DNA of 64,000 nt from Myxococcales bacterium (GTDB lineage Bacteria; Myxococcota_A; Polyangia; Polyangiales; Houyiibacteriaceae): positions 84,517-148,516 of the forward strand of contig JAOTYL010000011.1 of the NCBI GenBank assembly GCA_029861865.1. The letters are read 5' to 3'. Both the position numbers and the translations under genes were made by a program. A model generated the notes under the pieces. It searched no databases. It was not told the origin of the DNA and was given only the letters and a program-made list of their open reading frames with translations. The number at the start of each line of letters is the position of its first letter. Positions within the stretch are counted from its first letter, which is position 1. Below, one piece after another: positions 9,731 through 20,600 of this stretch.

Positions 9731-10873
9731 ATGACGGAGTCGAAAGAAGCGGTCTTGCGGATCGCGAACCTGAGCGATGGGCAACGGGTGACCCTTCTGC
9801 TGAAGAGCCTGGGACTCAAGATCGCTACCGAACCGGAAGCCGTCCGTCGTCGTTGGGAAGGACTCTGGAAGAACAACCCCGCGCTCGCGATGGATCGGCC
9901 GTCGCCGCCGCTGGGGTGGGTGCTCGAGGCGGACGAGGAGATCGTTGGGTTCTTCGGCAGTATTCCCATTCGGTACCGGTTTGGGGATCGTGAGCTTCTC
10001 GTCGGCGTCGGTACGGCCTGGGCGGTCCTGAAGCCCTTCCGAAGACAAACAGGCGAGCTCTCGGGGGCCTACTTCGATCAGACCGAGGTCGATCTGCTCA
10101 TGGGAACCACTGGGATCCCTGCCAGCGGCCGCATTTACTTGAGCAACTCCGGCTCGGCCTTGCCGCACCCTGACTGGGATCGAGTGCCCCACTGGGTTCT
10201 CGACGAGACGGCATTCATGCGTGCGGCCCTGCGTAAGGGCAAGGTTCCCTCGGGAGTCGCGAGCGTCGGGGCGGCCGTGCTGTCGCCGTTCCTGAGTGCC
10301 GCTGTTGCCGTGGGCCGTCGTCGACCGGGCCGGCTACACGCCGGAATCGAACCGGAGTCGATCGCGATCGAAAACGTGGGCGATGAGTTCGACGATCTGT
10401 GGAGACGCAAGCTTGCCGAAGGTCATCGGCTCTACGCCGGTCGCGCCTCGGAGGACATCCGGTGGCACTTCGAACCGCGAGATGGCGCGCGCGCGGTCAC
10501 GATGCTGTGCGGCCGCAGAGACGGGCGCCTCGAAGGCTATCTCGTCTGGGAGCGAAAGGAGAACTATCTCATCAGTGGACTGACCGGCGCGAGAATCGTC
10601 GACATGTTGGTGGCGTCGAATGACGAACGTGTCATCGATGCTCTCGTGGCGGCCGCCTACGAGTCCGCGCGCGAACAAGGCTGCCACGTTCTCGAAATGA
10701 AGGGCTTCCCCCGCGAGATTCGCTCGCAGGTGGAGGGGAGCCGAGTCTTTTCCAAAAAGCTCACCCCGAACTCTTTCTGCTTCAGGGCGCAGTCCAGCGA
10801 GCTGCACTCGGCACTACAGCATGAGGACACGTGGTACCCCACCCTCTACGACGGCGACGGCAGTCTCGATTGA
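9731..10873 (+). CDS. GNAT / FemAB-fold acyltransferase-like protein (two-lobed, about 380 aa)
   Basis: Size and pattern resemble BioF2-like/CelD-type GNAT proteins: N-lobe ...WVLEADEEIVGFFGSIPIRYRF...VGVGTAWAVLKPFRRQ, and C-lobe ...DGRLEGYLVWERKE...RIVDMLVASNDERVIDALVAAAYESAREQGCHVLEMKGF. This is recognition by eye only. It is divergent from the FAAL operon. Confidence 0.45.
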   Translation: MTESKEAVLRIANLSDGQRVTLLLKSLGLKIATEPEAVRRRWEGLWKNNPALAMDRPSPPLGWVLEADEEIVGFFGSIPIRYRFGDRELLVGVGTAWAVLKPFRRQTGELSGAYFDQTEVDLLMGTTGIPASGRIYLSNSGSALPHPDWDRVPHWVLDETAFMRAALRKGKVPSGVASVGAAVLSPFLSAAVAVGRRRPGRLHAGIEPESIAIENVGDEFDDLWRRKLAEGHRLYAGRASEDIRWHFEPRDGARAVTMLCGRRDGRLEGYLVWERKENYLISGLTGARIVDMLVASNDERVIDALVAAAYESAREQGCHVLEMKGFPREIRSQVEGSRVFSKKLTPNSFCFRAQSSELHSALQHEDTWYPTLYDGDGSLD

Positions 10874-10958
10874 GACTCTCGCACCCGGGTTGATCATGAA
10901 GTCGAGATGTCACGGGATGTGGAGGAAGGTGTGAGAACTGTCGGCCTGACTCCGGCAG

Positions 10959-11537
10959 CTACTTCACCGAGAAGCCGTACCACACCTGTCCTTGGCTGGT
11001 CGTGCCCCAGCCGGCGTTCGTGCCCTGCACGTCCGGAGAAGCGCCGAGGCTGAATGCGTATTGGCCTGGGGGCAGCTCGACCGCCGACGTGACCTTGTAG
11101 CAGCCTTTGCTGATCTTCTCGAACTTCAACTCGATCGAGCTGTCTTTGGAGTTCTTGTCCTTGGTGCCGCCCCAGTTGTTCATGCCCCCAACCGCAAGCT
11201 CCCGGTATTGTTTCTTCGTAACGAGCGCGTACAGCTTGATCTGTTGGCGGGGATGAACCGCCTCGTTGACAGGCCTAAAGGCGAAGGACGGGGGAGCCTT
11301 CGATGCCTTGATGGCGATCTTGGCGTTTGCGTTGTTCAATCGAATGCTGCTGTCCCAGCCCCTGTAGAGCCCCTTCTTCTCTTGTTTGACAGCGGCGTCT
11401 TCCAAACCGAGCTCGATGCCAGCGGTACCGCCCTTGATGATGGCGTTGACCGAGTTGGCGAACTCTGGACAAACATCTTGCGCACTCGCCGTCGCAGACG
11501 AGAGGACGAGCACCGTGATGACTAGTGAGGGTTTCAT
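10959..11537 (-). CDS. Secreted protein of unknown function
   Basis: Signal peptide MKPSLVITVLVLSSATASA/QD. The mature part is Lys/Gly/Ser-rich and looks beta-rich. The gene is visibly AT-richer than its neighbours. Confidence 0.6.
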   Translation of the reverse strand: MKPSLVITVLVLSSATASAQDVCPEFANSVNAIIKGGTAGIELGLEDAAVKQEKKGLYRGWDSSIRLNNANAKIAIKASKAPPSFAFRPVNEAVHPRQQIKLYALVTKKQYRELAVGGMNNWGGTKDKNSKDSSIELKFEKISKGCYKVTSAVELPPGQYAFSLGASPDVQGTNAGWGTTSQGQVWYGFSVK

Positions 11538-11606
11538 AGGCGCCTCCGTACCTCGGATCAGTATACGAACGCAGCCGCGATTACAACTCGCGTGTAGATA
11601 GCGTGC

Positions 11607-11660
11607 CAGCGTCAGTGCCAGTGTCAGTGCCAGCGCCCGTGGCAGTGTCAGTGCCAGCGC
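11607..11660 (+). repeat. (CAGNGY)n hexamer tandem repeat, 9 units
   Basis: cagcgt cagtgc cagtgt cagtgc cagcgc ccgtgg cagtgt cagtgc cagcgc. It is intergenic, between the secreted-protein start and the giant TPR gene stop. Confidence 0.9.
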
Positions 11661-11678
11661 GGGCGCCCGGCGCCCCTG

Positions 11679-14600
11679 CTACACCTTGATCTGGATGCCC
11701 AGCGTCTCGCGCAGTCTGAAATAGCTCTCGGAGATGCTGTATAGGACGATCTCTTTGACCTTGTCCCGCGGTGGAAGATCGGCGGTCGACTCGGACGCGA
11801 TTTGCTGCGTCATCCGCACGGCGGTGTCGACGTCGTCGCACAGAAGCAGGCCGGCCCGAAGCGAGGTGATCTCCGTCGCCTGCATCCAACGCTTGATGTC
11901 TGCCTTGCCTCCGGCTTCCAAGAACTTTCGCACGACCTTTTTGAGGACGTCCAGGTGAGCCTGATTGATGTGGCGTGCCAGCTGCTTGGCGGTCGAGTCC
12001 ACGGCTGGGTCGGCCTCGCCCATGCCGACGACACGCATCGCTGCCAAGAGGAGCGTACGAAGCTCGGTATGCGATTTGTACATCGTCCGAATGAAGTGCT
12101 CCCCGCGGTAGTAGGAGAGGTGTCGGCCGCACACGAAGGCGAGGTCGACTGGACGGTACCCCGACAGAAGCGTGTACCCGGTGATGATGGCTGGCGGGTT
12201 GCTTCGCGCCTCGTCTCGAAGCGCGCCCGAGAGCTCTTTCTGAATGAAGAGGCGAACTGGGATAGTGATGTTCAAGACGTCCTGCGCGAGCTTGAACTGC
12301 CGTGCGAGCGCGAGGCTCGGGTTGGCGAGATCTTCGGGCTTACGCTTGTGCAGGTTGAGCTTCTTGTCCGTCCAGGCCATCGACGCGCGCACCGCCGGAG
12401 CGATGACCTCCATGATCTTGGAGATGTAGATATCCTGGTCCGGGTGCATGAGATCTTTGACCCACGCCTCGTTGCTGACTCGCGCCCTCGGCTGGATCTC
12501 TCGGTCCTGCCGGTACTGCTGGAAGAACTTCTGCTGCTCCTCGTCCGCTTTGGCAAAATAGGTCAGCGTTCGCGCGATACACCATGCCTTGTCGTACGCG
12601 CGTGCATCGAAGTAGAGCTTGTAGAGCGCTCGATACGACTCGAGTCGATTCGGGTCGTGCCCAAGCAACCATTGGTGCTCCGCGATAGCCTCCGTCGTCT
12701 TGTCCGGCATCGTCGCGTAGAGCTCGGCGAGAATCTGGTGCTCGGTGGCGTCGTCCGGCTTGAGCGCCGCCGCCATCCTGAAGGACTCGGCTGCCGCGTC
12801 GAAATTGCGCTGACGGTCCCTGTAGATGATGCCGAGTGTATGCCAGAGGTTGTGCTCGAGGTCGGTATTGCCTTGGTTGATGATGCGGTGAAGCATCTTG
12901 CGGTAGGCGCGCTCGAGCGCCTTCCAGTCCTTACGACCATTCAGAAGCTTGTTGACCGCCTCGAAGGGCTTGAGCTGCGTGCTGTCGAGGTCGAGTGCCT
13001 CGTTGAACTTCTCGAGCGCAGCATCCTCGTCCTCGAGCTTGTCGCGAAGGATGACGCCCACGGTATATGCGTACTTGGCCTTGGCCTCATCACGCGCCTC
13101 GAGAGAGCTGACGCGCTCGATGACATCGATCGCCTCGGACCAACGCTGGGCAGCCTGGTATGTGCCGAGCAACTTGTGAAGCACCACGTGGTTATCGGGG
13201 TCGAGGTCGAGCGACTCCGTGAAGGCCTCTGCTGCCGCGTCTGGTGAGCCGAGCTTGTCCTGCCAAAGGTCGCCGAGCTCTACGAGCAGTTTGGCGCGGG
13301 CGGTGGGTTCATCGGTGACATCCAGAATGCGCTTCTTGTACTCGACCACCGACTCCCAATCGCTTTCGCGAGCTTGAAGGTCGACCATCGCCTCGAGTGC
13401 AGGCACGTAGTGCGTGTCCTCTTCGAGAGCCTTGTCGAACATGTTGCGCGCCTTCTTGTCCTCGCCCTGCTCACGCTTGATGACGCCAAGCCGGTATAAG
13501 ATCTCGGTGATCTCGTCCCTGCCGAGGGAATCGCGGTGTTGGACCAACAGCACTTGGTGGTATTTGAACGCGTCTTCCCATCGCTCCGCACGGAAGTAGC
13601 TTCCAGCAAGGCCCTTGATCGTCGCCGTGCCATCGGCATCGAGAGCGTGCGCGCGTTCATAGGCCGCCACCGCGGCGTCCGCGCGACCGAGGTTCGTCGC
13701 CGTCTCGCCCAACAAGGAAGCCAGGCGGTGCTGCTCGTCTCGTTCGCGCTTATCCGAACGCTTGACGAGCACCTCGAGAAGCGGGAACGCCTCTTCGTAG
13801 CGACCCTGGGCCACATAAAAGTCGACCAACGGGAGAAGCGCGTCCTCGTTGTCCGGGTCGAAGGCATGTGCCGACTCGAAGGCATCGACGGCTCCGGCCT
13901 CGTCGTCGAGGCGCTCGGCGCGAATACAGCCGAGGTCTACCAATCGCGCCGCTTTGACGCGCTCGTTGTCGGTCTGCTCGACCTCCAGGCCGAGCGTCTT
14001 CGTCGCGGCGATCCAGTCGCCCGAGTCGATGTGGATGCGCCGCATGGCTTCGAGCGACGGCAGGTCCCCCGGATCCAAATCGACCGCGCCCTGGAAGTGC
14101 TCGAGCGCCGACGCGCGGTCCCCGAGCTCCTGGTCGAGGATGCGACCCATTCGGTGCTTGAGAGACACTTGCTCGTCGACCTCGTCCACGACGCGAACCA
14201 ACTGGCCCATCATGTCGAGCGCCGCCGAATGGTCACCCTTGCGCTCATAGAGCTTCGTGAGCGCCTGGAGGCTGAGAATGTCTTGGTCGTCGAGGTTCAG
14301 GGCGTTGAGATAGCTGTCGATCGCTTGCTCGGCGTCGCCCTTGTGCGCGCCATACACCTGCCCGAGCGCGCGGAAGATCTCAATCCGTCGTTCTTGGTCC
14401 ACCGTCGCACTCGCGTGGCGGTCATAGGTCCGCACCAGGTCGTCCCACCGCTGCGTCAACCGATAGAGGTCTTCGAGCTTGCAGAGGGCTTCGTCGTGCA
14501 GCGGGTCGATATCGAGCACCTGTTCGAGGCGCTCGACGGCGTTCTCGGGCTTGCGAAACTCCTCTTCCCACATGCGGGCCAGACGAACCAGGATGTCGAT

Positions 14601-17600
14601 CCGCTCCCGCTCGGTCGCCACCACTTCGTACTGGCGTTCCAGAATACCGACGAGGTCCTGATAGCGCTCGGCTTGCTGATAGAGCCGCTCGAGCCCGCGA
14701 AGTGCAGTCAGATTCGAAGGTGCCAGCTCGGCCGCCTTCTCGAAATTCTCGATGGCTGCCTTTTGGTCGTCGAAGCGCTCCTCGTATGCCTCCGCGACCT
14801 GCAGGAGCGCCGCCACGACGCTATCGACGTCTTCGACAGCCTCGGCCTTGCGCTCGAGGATGTTGAGCAGCTTGTTGGAGCGCCCATCCTCGCGGTAGAT
14901 GCGCTCGAGCGCCTCGAGAGCGCCCACGTGCCTCTCCTTGAGGTGAAGCGCGCGCCGATAGTAGTCCTCCGCCTCTTGTCGCATTCCAAAGCGGTCCTCG
15001 GCGAGATCACCCATGCGCACGTAGGTATTGGCCTTGACGTCGTCATCGTTGGTGAGCTCGACCAGCTTGGCGAGGACTTGAGCGAGATTGTCCCACTGCT
15101 GGGTCGTCTCGTAGAGGTCGCCGAGTTGCCACCACGCCTTGGCGTTGCTCGGGTCGAGCGCTCGAATCTGCTCGTAGTACGGAATCGCGTACTCGGGATG
15201 ACCGAGGTCTTGGCCGTACCACTTGGCGCAGCAGAGGCAGATGGCGATCTGGGTGGCTGGGTCCTCCACCTCTTGGAGAGTCTGGTTGGAGGAGCTGAGA
15301 AGCTCGTTCCACTTGTCGGTCGAGGCTGTGACGCGCTCGAGGTCGAGGATGGTGTCCCGCTTGCTGTAGTCCTCGGTCCAAGCGATGTAGAGCGTATGAT
15401 AGGCCTGCTCACCATCTTCGAGTTTTTCTTCGTAAACCCGCGCAGCTGCTCGCAAAAGCTCGATGCGCTCGTCGCGGTCGTCCGTCGCTTCGATCCGCGT
15501 GACGTAGAGGTCGATCAGCTCATCCCAGCGCTCGGCTTCTTTGTGGAGCGCCTGGAGCTCGGAAAAGGCGTACTCGTGCATCGGGTCGACATCGAGGATG
15601 CGACCGAAGGCGCCCGCAGCACGGTCCTTGTCGCCAACCTCGGTCTCCCAGAGCTCGGTGACGGCGAGGAGCTGCCGCACCTGGTCGTGCGGGTCTGTGA
15701 GCGCCTGAGCGCGCTGCTCCATCACGCCGATGGCTTCCTCCCAGTCCCGCTCTTCACGATGGATGAGCTCGAGAGAGTCGAGCGCCTCGAAAAAGGTCGG
15801 GTCGACTGTCAGCACGTTGCGGTATGCCTCGACGGCGTCCCCTGGCTGCTGTAGCTCGGCACGGTAGATGTGACCGAGCTGCATGTAGACATTGACGAGA
15901 TCCGAGTCTTCGAGGGTCGCAGCGCCGACGTCGATGATGCGATGTAGAGTGTCCGCGCGTTCGCGAGACTGCCCGCTCGCGCGGAGAATCTCTGCAATGC
16001 TGAAGAGCGCGTAGGTGTTTCCCGGGTCTACGTCGAGGACCCGCTCCCAGTTTTCGATCGCATTGCGCTCGCGCTCGAGCTTCTCGTACCAAACCCGCGC
16101 CAAGTCGGAATAGACCTGAATGCGGAAGGAGTCGTCCTCGGCGATGGACGCCTCACGTTCTAGAACGTCGACTAAATCTCTCCAATTGCCCTGTGACGCG
16201 AAGATGTCGCCGAGTGCGTTGAGCGCCTCCGCATCCTCTCCCCGAAGGTCGAGAACCCGCTGCCAGAGCCCAATCGCCCGCTCCGGATCCCGCAGGCGAT
16301 TCGATGAGAGTCGGGCCATCCGCGCGAAAACGTCCGCCTGCTGCGAGTCGCCCAGCGCAATACTCAGCTCCTTTTCGAAGGCGGCAAACAGCTCGGGCCA
16401 CCGCTCGAGCTTCGCATAGATCGCCTGAAGAGCCTGAATGGTCTCGGCGTGCTCCGAATCGTAATCGTTGAGCAGCTTGGTGAAGACCTCGATCGCTCGT
16501 TCCGTACAACCGAGCTTGGTCTCGAGCTCGCGGCCCAATCGATAGTGAAGCTCGATCAGCTCGGAGGTGTTGTTGGACCCGTCGATTCGCTTGCGAAGCA
16601 CCTCTGCCAGTGCCTGATGCGCCTTGTGCTGCGAGTAGATGCGGTCGAGGGCTTTGAGGGCCGCCTCATCATGATCGTCGACGCCCAGCACGAAGCGATA
16701 GGTCGCCTCGGCTCGCTGCACGTCGTCGAGTTGCTCTTCGTAGACCCGCGCGAGCCGGCGACCGAGCTCCGCTTTGCTGAGCGGGTCACCCGTGTGCTGA
16801 ATGCCATTGGCATAGGTATTCGCCAACTGACTCCACCCGTCGACGATGGCCGATAGGCGCTCTGCCTCGCCCAGCGAATGATCGTGACTCGGATCCTCGA
16901 GCACCGCTTTTTGCATCCACTGGAAGGCGCGACCGTGGTCGTCGGCCTTGTCCTCCGCGATTTCGGCGAGTCGATGCATCATGACGACGCGTTCGATCGG
17001 ATCGCTCTGGTGCTCTACTTGAACCTCTTGGATGGACAGCAAGCGGTCCCAGTTGCCCTGCATTCTGTACAGCGGCTCGAGCACCTCACCGATCTGCAGC
17101 GGGCGTACGCCACCTGCGAAGAGATCTTCGAGGGCCGAGACAGCCGGCGAGTACTCGGGCGCAGCAGCGATGATCTCGCGATACTGTTCGATTGCCGAAT
17201 CGACGTTGCCGATCCGGTTCTGGTAAATCTGTCCCGTTCGGAACTGCAGGTTGAGCACATCCTCAGGGGTGGTCGCGATAGCCGCCTCTTTCTTGAGGGT
17301 CGCTGCGAGGTCGTCCCAGCGCTCGGTCTGCTCATAGAGGCGATCCAGCGCTTCGATGGCTGCGACGTCCCCTGCATCGATGTCGACGACGAGCTGATAT
17401 CGCTCGATCGCGGCGTCCACGTCATCGAGCTGAACCTCGTTGATCATCGCCGAGCGCTTTGCGAGGTGAACGATGTCTTCGGGCGTGTCCTCCCGATGGC
17501 GCTCGACCTCGGCATCGTACCGAGAAGCCACCTCGCGCCAACTGCCCGTTTGCTCCGCCAGCCTCTCGAGCGACGAAAGTGTCATGTCGTTTCGGACATC

Positions 17601-20600
17601 GAGCGGCAACGCGCGCGCGAACGCCCCGAAGGCCGAAGGCGGATCCTCGAGCTGAACCTCGTAGATCTCCGCCAGTTGATGGAGCATTTCGACCCGATCG
17701 GCCGGGTCTTCGGTATGCCGGACCTGTACCTCACGCGCTTCGACGAGCTTTTGAAACTCCCCGCCCTCGCGGTACACACGCTCGAGCACTTCAGCTGCTG
17801 CCAGCGGCTCGACTGCATCCCTGGTCATCGTCGTCAACGACTCGAGGGTCGGTTGGTGGTCCGAGGCCACGCTGAGAATGTCACAATAGATCTCGATCGC
17901 CTGCGCGGGGTCGTCGAGGTGACGCCGCCAGAGCTCGCCGATACGGAAGCGAATTTCTAACCGCTCCGCCTCGTCGACCATGAGGTCCGATTGGCGCTCG
18001 AGCACCTGAAGCAAGTCTCGCCACTGCCCAGTCTGCTCGAAAAGCCCGTCGAGCCGGCCCAATGCGCTCAAGTCGTCCGGGTCGATCGCGAGAACGCGCT
18101 GGTACGCTTCGATCGCCCTCTCCGAGTCCTCGAGCTGATCTTCGTGGACGCGGCCGATGGCGGTGAAGAGCTGCTTGCGCACTTCGGCATCCGTGATGAC
18201 CTCGGACTTGCGCTCGTACGTCGCGAGCAGCTCCTCCCACTTGCCAAGCCGCATCTGAAGCTCGATGAGCCGGTCGAGTGATTCGATATCGTCCGGGTCG
18301 ACCTCGAGCACCTGCCGATGGACAGCCATCGCGTCCGTGGGCTTGTCGAGAATGTCCTCGTAGATCGCCGCGGCTTTGATCAACTGTTCACGCTGGTCGG
18401 CTGGCGATGGGAGCATTCGCGCTTTGCGACGATAGATCGAGGCGAGGTCCTCGTACCGCTCCGTCTGTTGGAACAGGCGCTCGAGAGCATCGGCCGAATG
18501 ATGATGCTCCTCGTCGAGCTGCAGCACCTTCTGATAGTGCTCGACGGCGCGATCGACTTGTCCAAGCTCGTTTTCTCGGATCTCCGCGGCTCGCAACAAG
18601 AACCCCACGGCAAGCTCGGGATCGTCGAGAGTGGCGACCACTTGCTCGTAGACGCTCGCCAGCGCATCACCTCCGCCGACGGCTGCGCTCAAGCGCTCGA
18701 GCTCCTCGCGTGTCTGCGGGTGGCCTGGGTCCGCCCGGAACGCCCGCGCGAAGCTCTCGAAGGCCCCGTGGAGATCGCTGACCGAGAACTCCTGGAGCTT
18801 GGCGATCTCGTGGAACAGCTCCACGCGTCGCTCCGGCGCGGTCGCGTGGTGCGCTTGAATCTCGTACACGTCGACCAATCGCGCCGCAGCGCCCACCTCT
18901 TTGTAGATCGGCTCGAGAATGTCTGCGACCGTGGCCTGGTGCTCGGCGGACTCCAGCAGTCGTTCGAGGGCCCCCAAAGCGGCGGGATTGCTAGCGTCGT
19001 TGGCTAGCACATCGCGGTAGATCTCGATGGCGGAAACGGTCGAATCCATCCGTTGCTCTCGCAGGTCCGCAAGTCGCAACAGGAGCGCGGTCTGCTCGTG
19101 CGCGTCGTCGGTCATCGCCAGCTGCCGCTCGACATTGTCGGCGAGGTCGGTCCAGTTGCCCTGGCGAGCCAGGAGGTCGTCCAGAGCGCCCAGTGCCCGT
19201 CGACTCGACGGGTCGAGCTCGAGGATCTCGTTTTGAAGCCGGATCGCCTGCTCGGCGTCTTCGAGCAGGTCGGCCTGGATCCTCGCCATCTCGGCGAGCA
19301 CGCCGATCTTGTCGTCGGGATCCGCCGTTGCCTCGACACGCATCCGTAGAATTCCCACCAGCTCGTGCCAGCGCTGTGCGCCCCGATAGAGCCCCTCGAG
19401 GGCGTCGAGAACCTCGAAGTCGCTGGGGTCGGCCTCGAGCACCTTGCGGTACGCCGCGACCGAAGCGTCCATGTCCTGAAGCTGGGTGTCGTGGATTTGA
19501 GCGGTCTTGATCCACAGCGAACGGCTGAGGGACGCGTCATCCACGCTAGCTGCGAGATCGCCGGTGAGCTCGGCTAGCGTCGAAAATCGCTCATGTTCGC
19601 TCGCTAACATTTCGATGCGATTCAAGGTGTCGGCGTCCGACGGTTGCTCTCGAAACGCCTCGCAAAGAGACGAGAAGCCTCGATCGGCATCTCCGATGTG
19701 CTGGAAATACGTGTCGGCCACCCGAGTGAGCAGCTCGCGTCGCCGCCGGGGCTCGTTGCTGAAGCGATGTTGGACGCGGAGCGCGTTGACGTAGGCCCCC
19801 CAGTCGCCACTCAGCTCGTAGACGGGCTCGAGGACACACGAGGCCTCCGCCGCTACCTCATCGTGGCCGAGGAGCTCTTCGAGTCGCTCTTTTGCACCGT
19901 CGTGTTCCTCGATGAGCGACAGCACCTCACGATAGAGGTCCACCGCACGGGACTTGTCGTCGAGCCGGGTATCGCAAACCCGACCCAGCCGGAACTTCAG
20001 CGCCGCAAGCTCTTCTTCGGATTCAGGGCCGGCCTCGATCCGACGCTCGAGGAGCTGCGCGAGCCCCTGCCAACGGGACTCTGTCTCGTAAAGCTGCTCG
20101 AGATGGCGGCAGGCATCGGCTTGTTCGACCCCGTACTCGTCGATGATGCCCTCGAAACAGGCGATGGCCTCTTCGGTGTCATTCAGCGCATCGGCCCAGA
20201 GCTCCGCGCGCCGGTAGGCGATCTCGAGCCGCGCTTCGGGTTCTTCCTCGAGCTCGATGCGCCGCGCGTAGATCGCGAGAAGGTCGCGATACCGTTCGGT
20301 CTGGAAGTAGAGGTCGCCCAGCGCGGTAATCGCGGCCAGGTTGTCGCTCTCGAGGTCGTATACCAGCCGGAACTGTTCGACCGCATCGTCGATGCGCTCG
20401 AGCGCGGCCAAGGTCTGGCCGTAACTCAGGCGTATCGGCACCGCCTGGTGCGGATCTGCCACCGCTTCGATCGCCGACTCGTAGCCTGACACGAGGCGGT
20501 CCCAACCGTTCATCTCGCCCGCCAACCGCTCGGCATGAACGCGAGCCTCCTCCATCGAAGGCGCCAGCGCGAATGCCTCGAGATAGCGCTCGAACGCTGT

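Noticed and set aside
11802-20489. Long plus-strand ORFs antisense to the giant TPR gene (for example 11802..13247 at 481 aa, 13536..15854 at 772 aa, 16878..17960 at 360 aa, 19644..20489 at 281 aa).
   Set aside because: - Their translations are monotonous Leu/Arg/Val/Glu/Asp strings that mirror the TPR codons on the other strand.
- They have no recognisable motifs or signal sequences.
- Stop-poor antisense frames are expected in high-GC repeat genes.
- The minus-strand 3351-aa frame is uninterrupted and has clear TPR periodicity.
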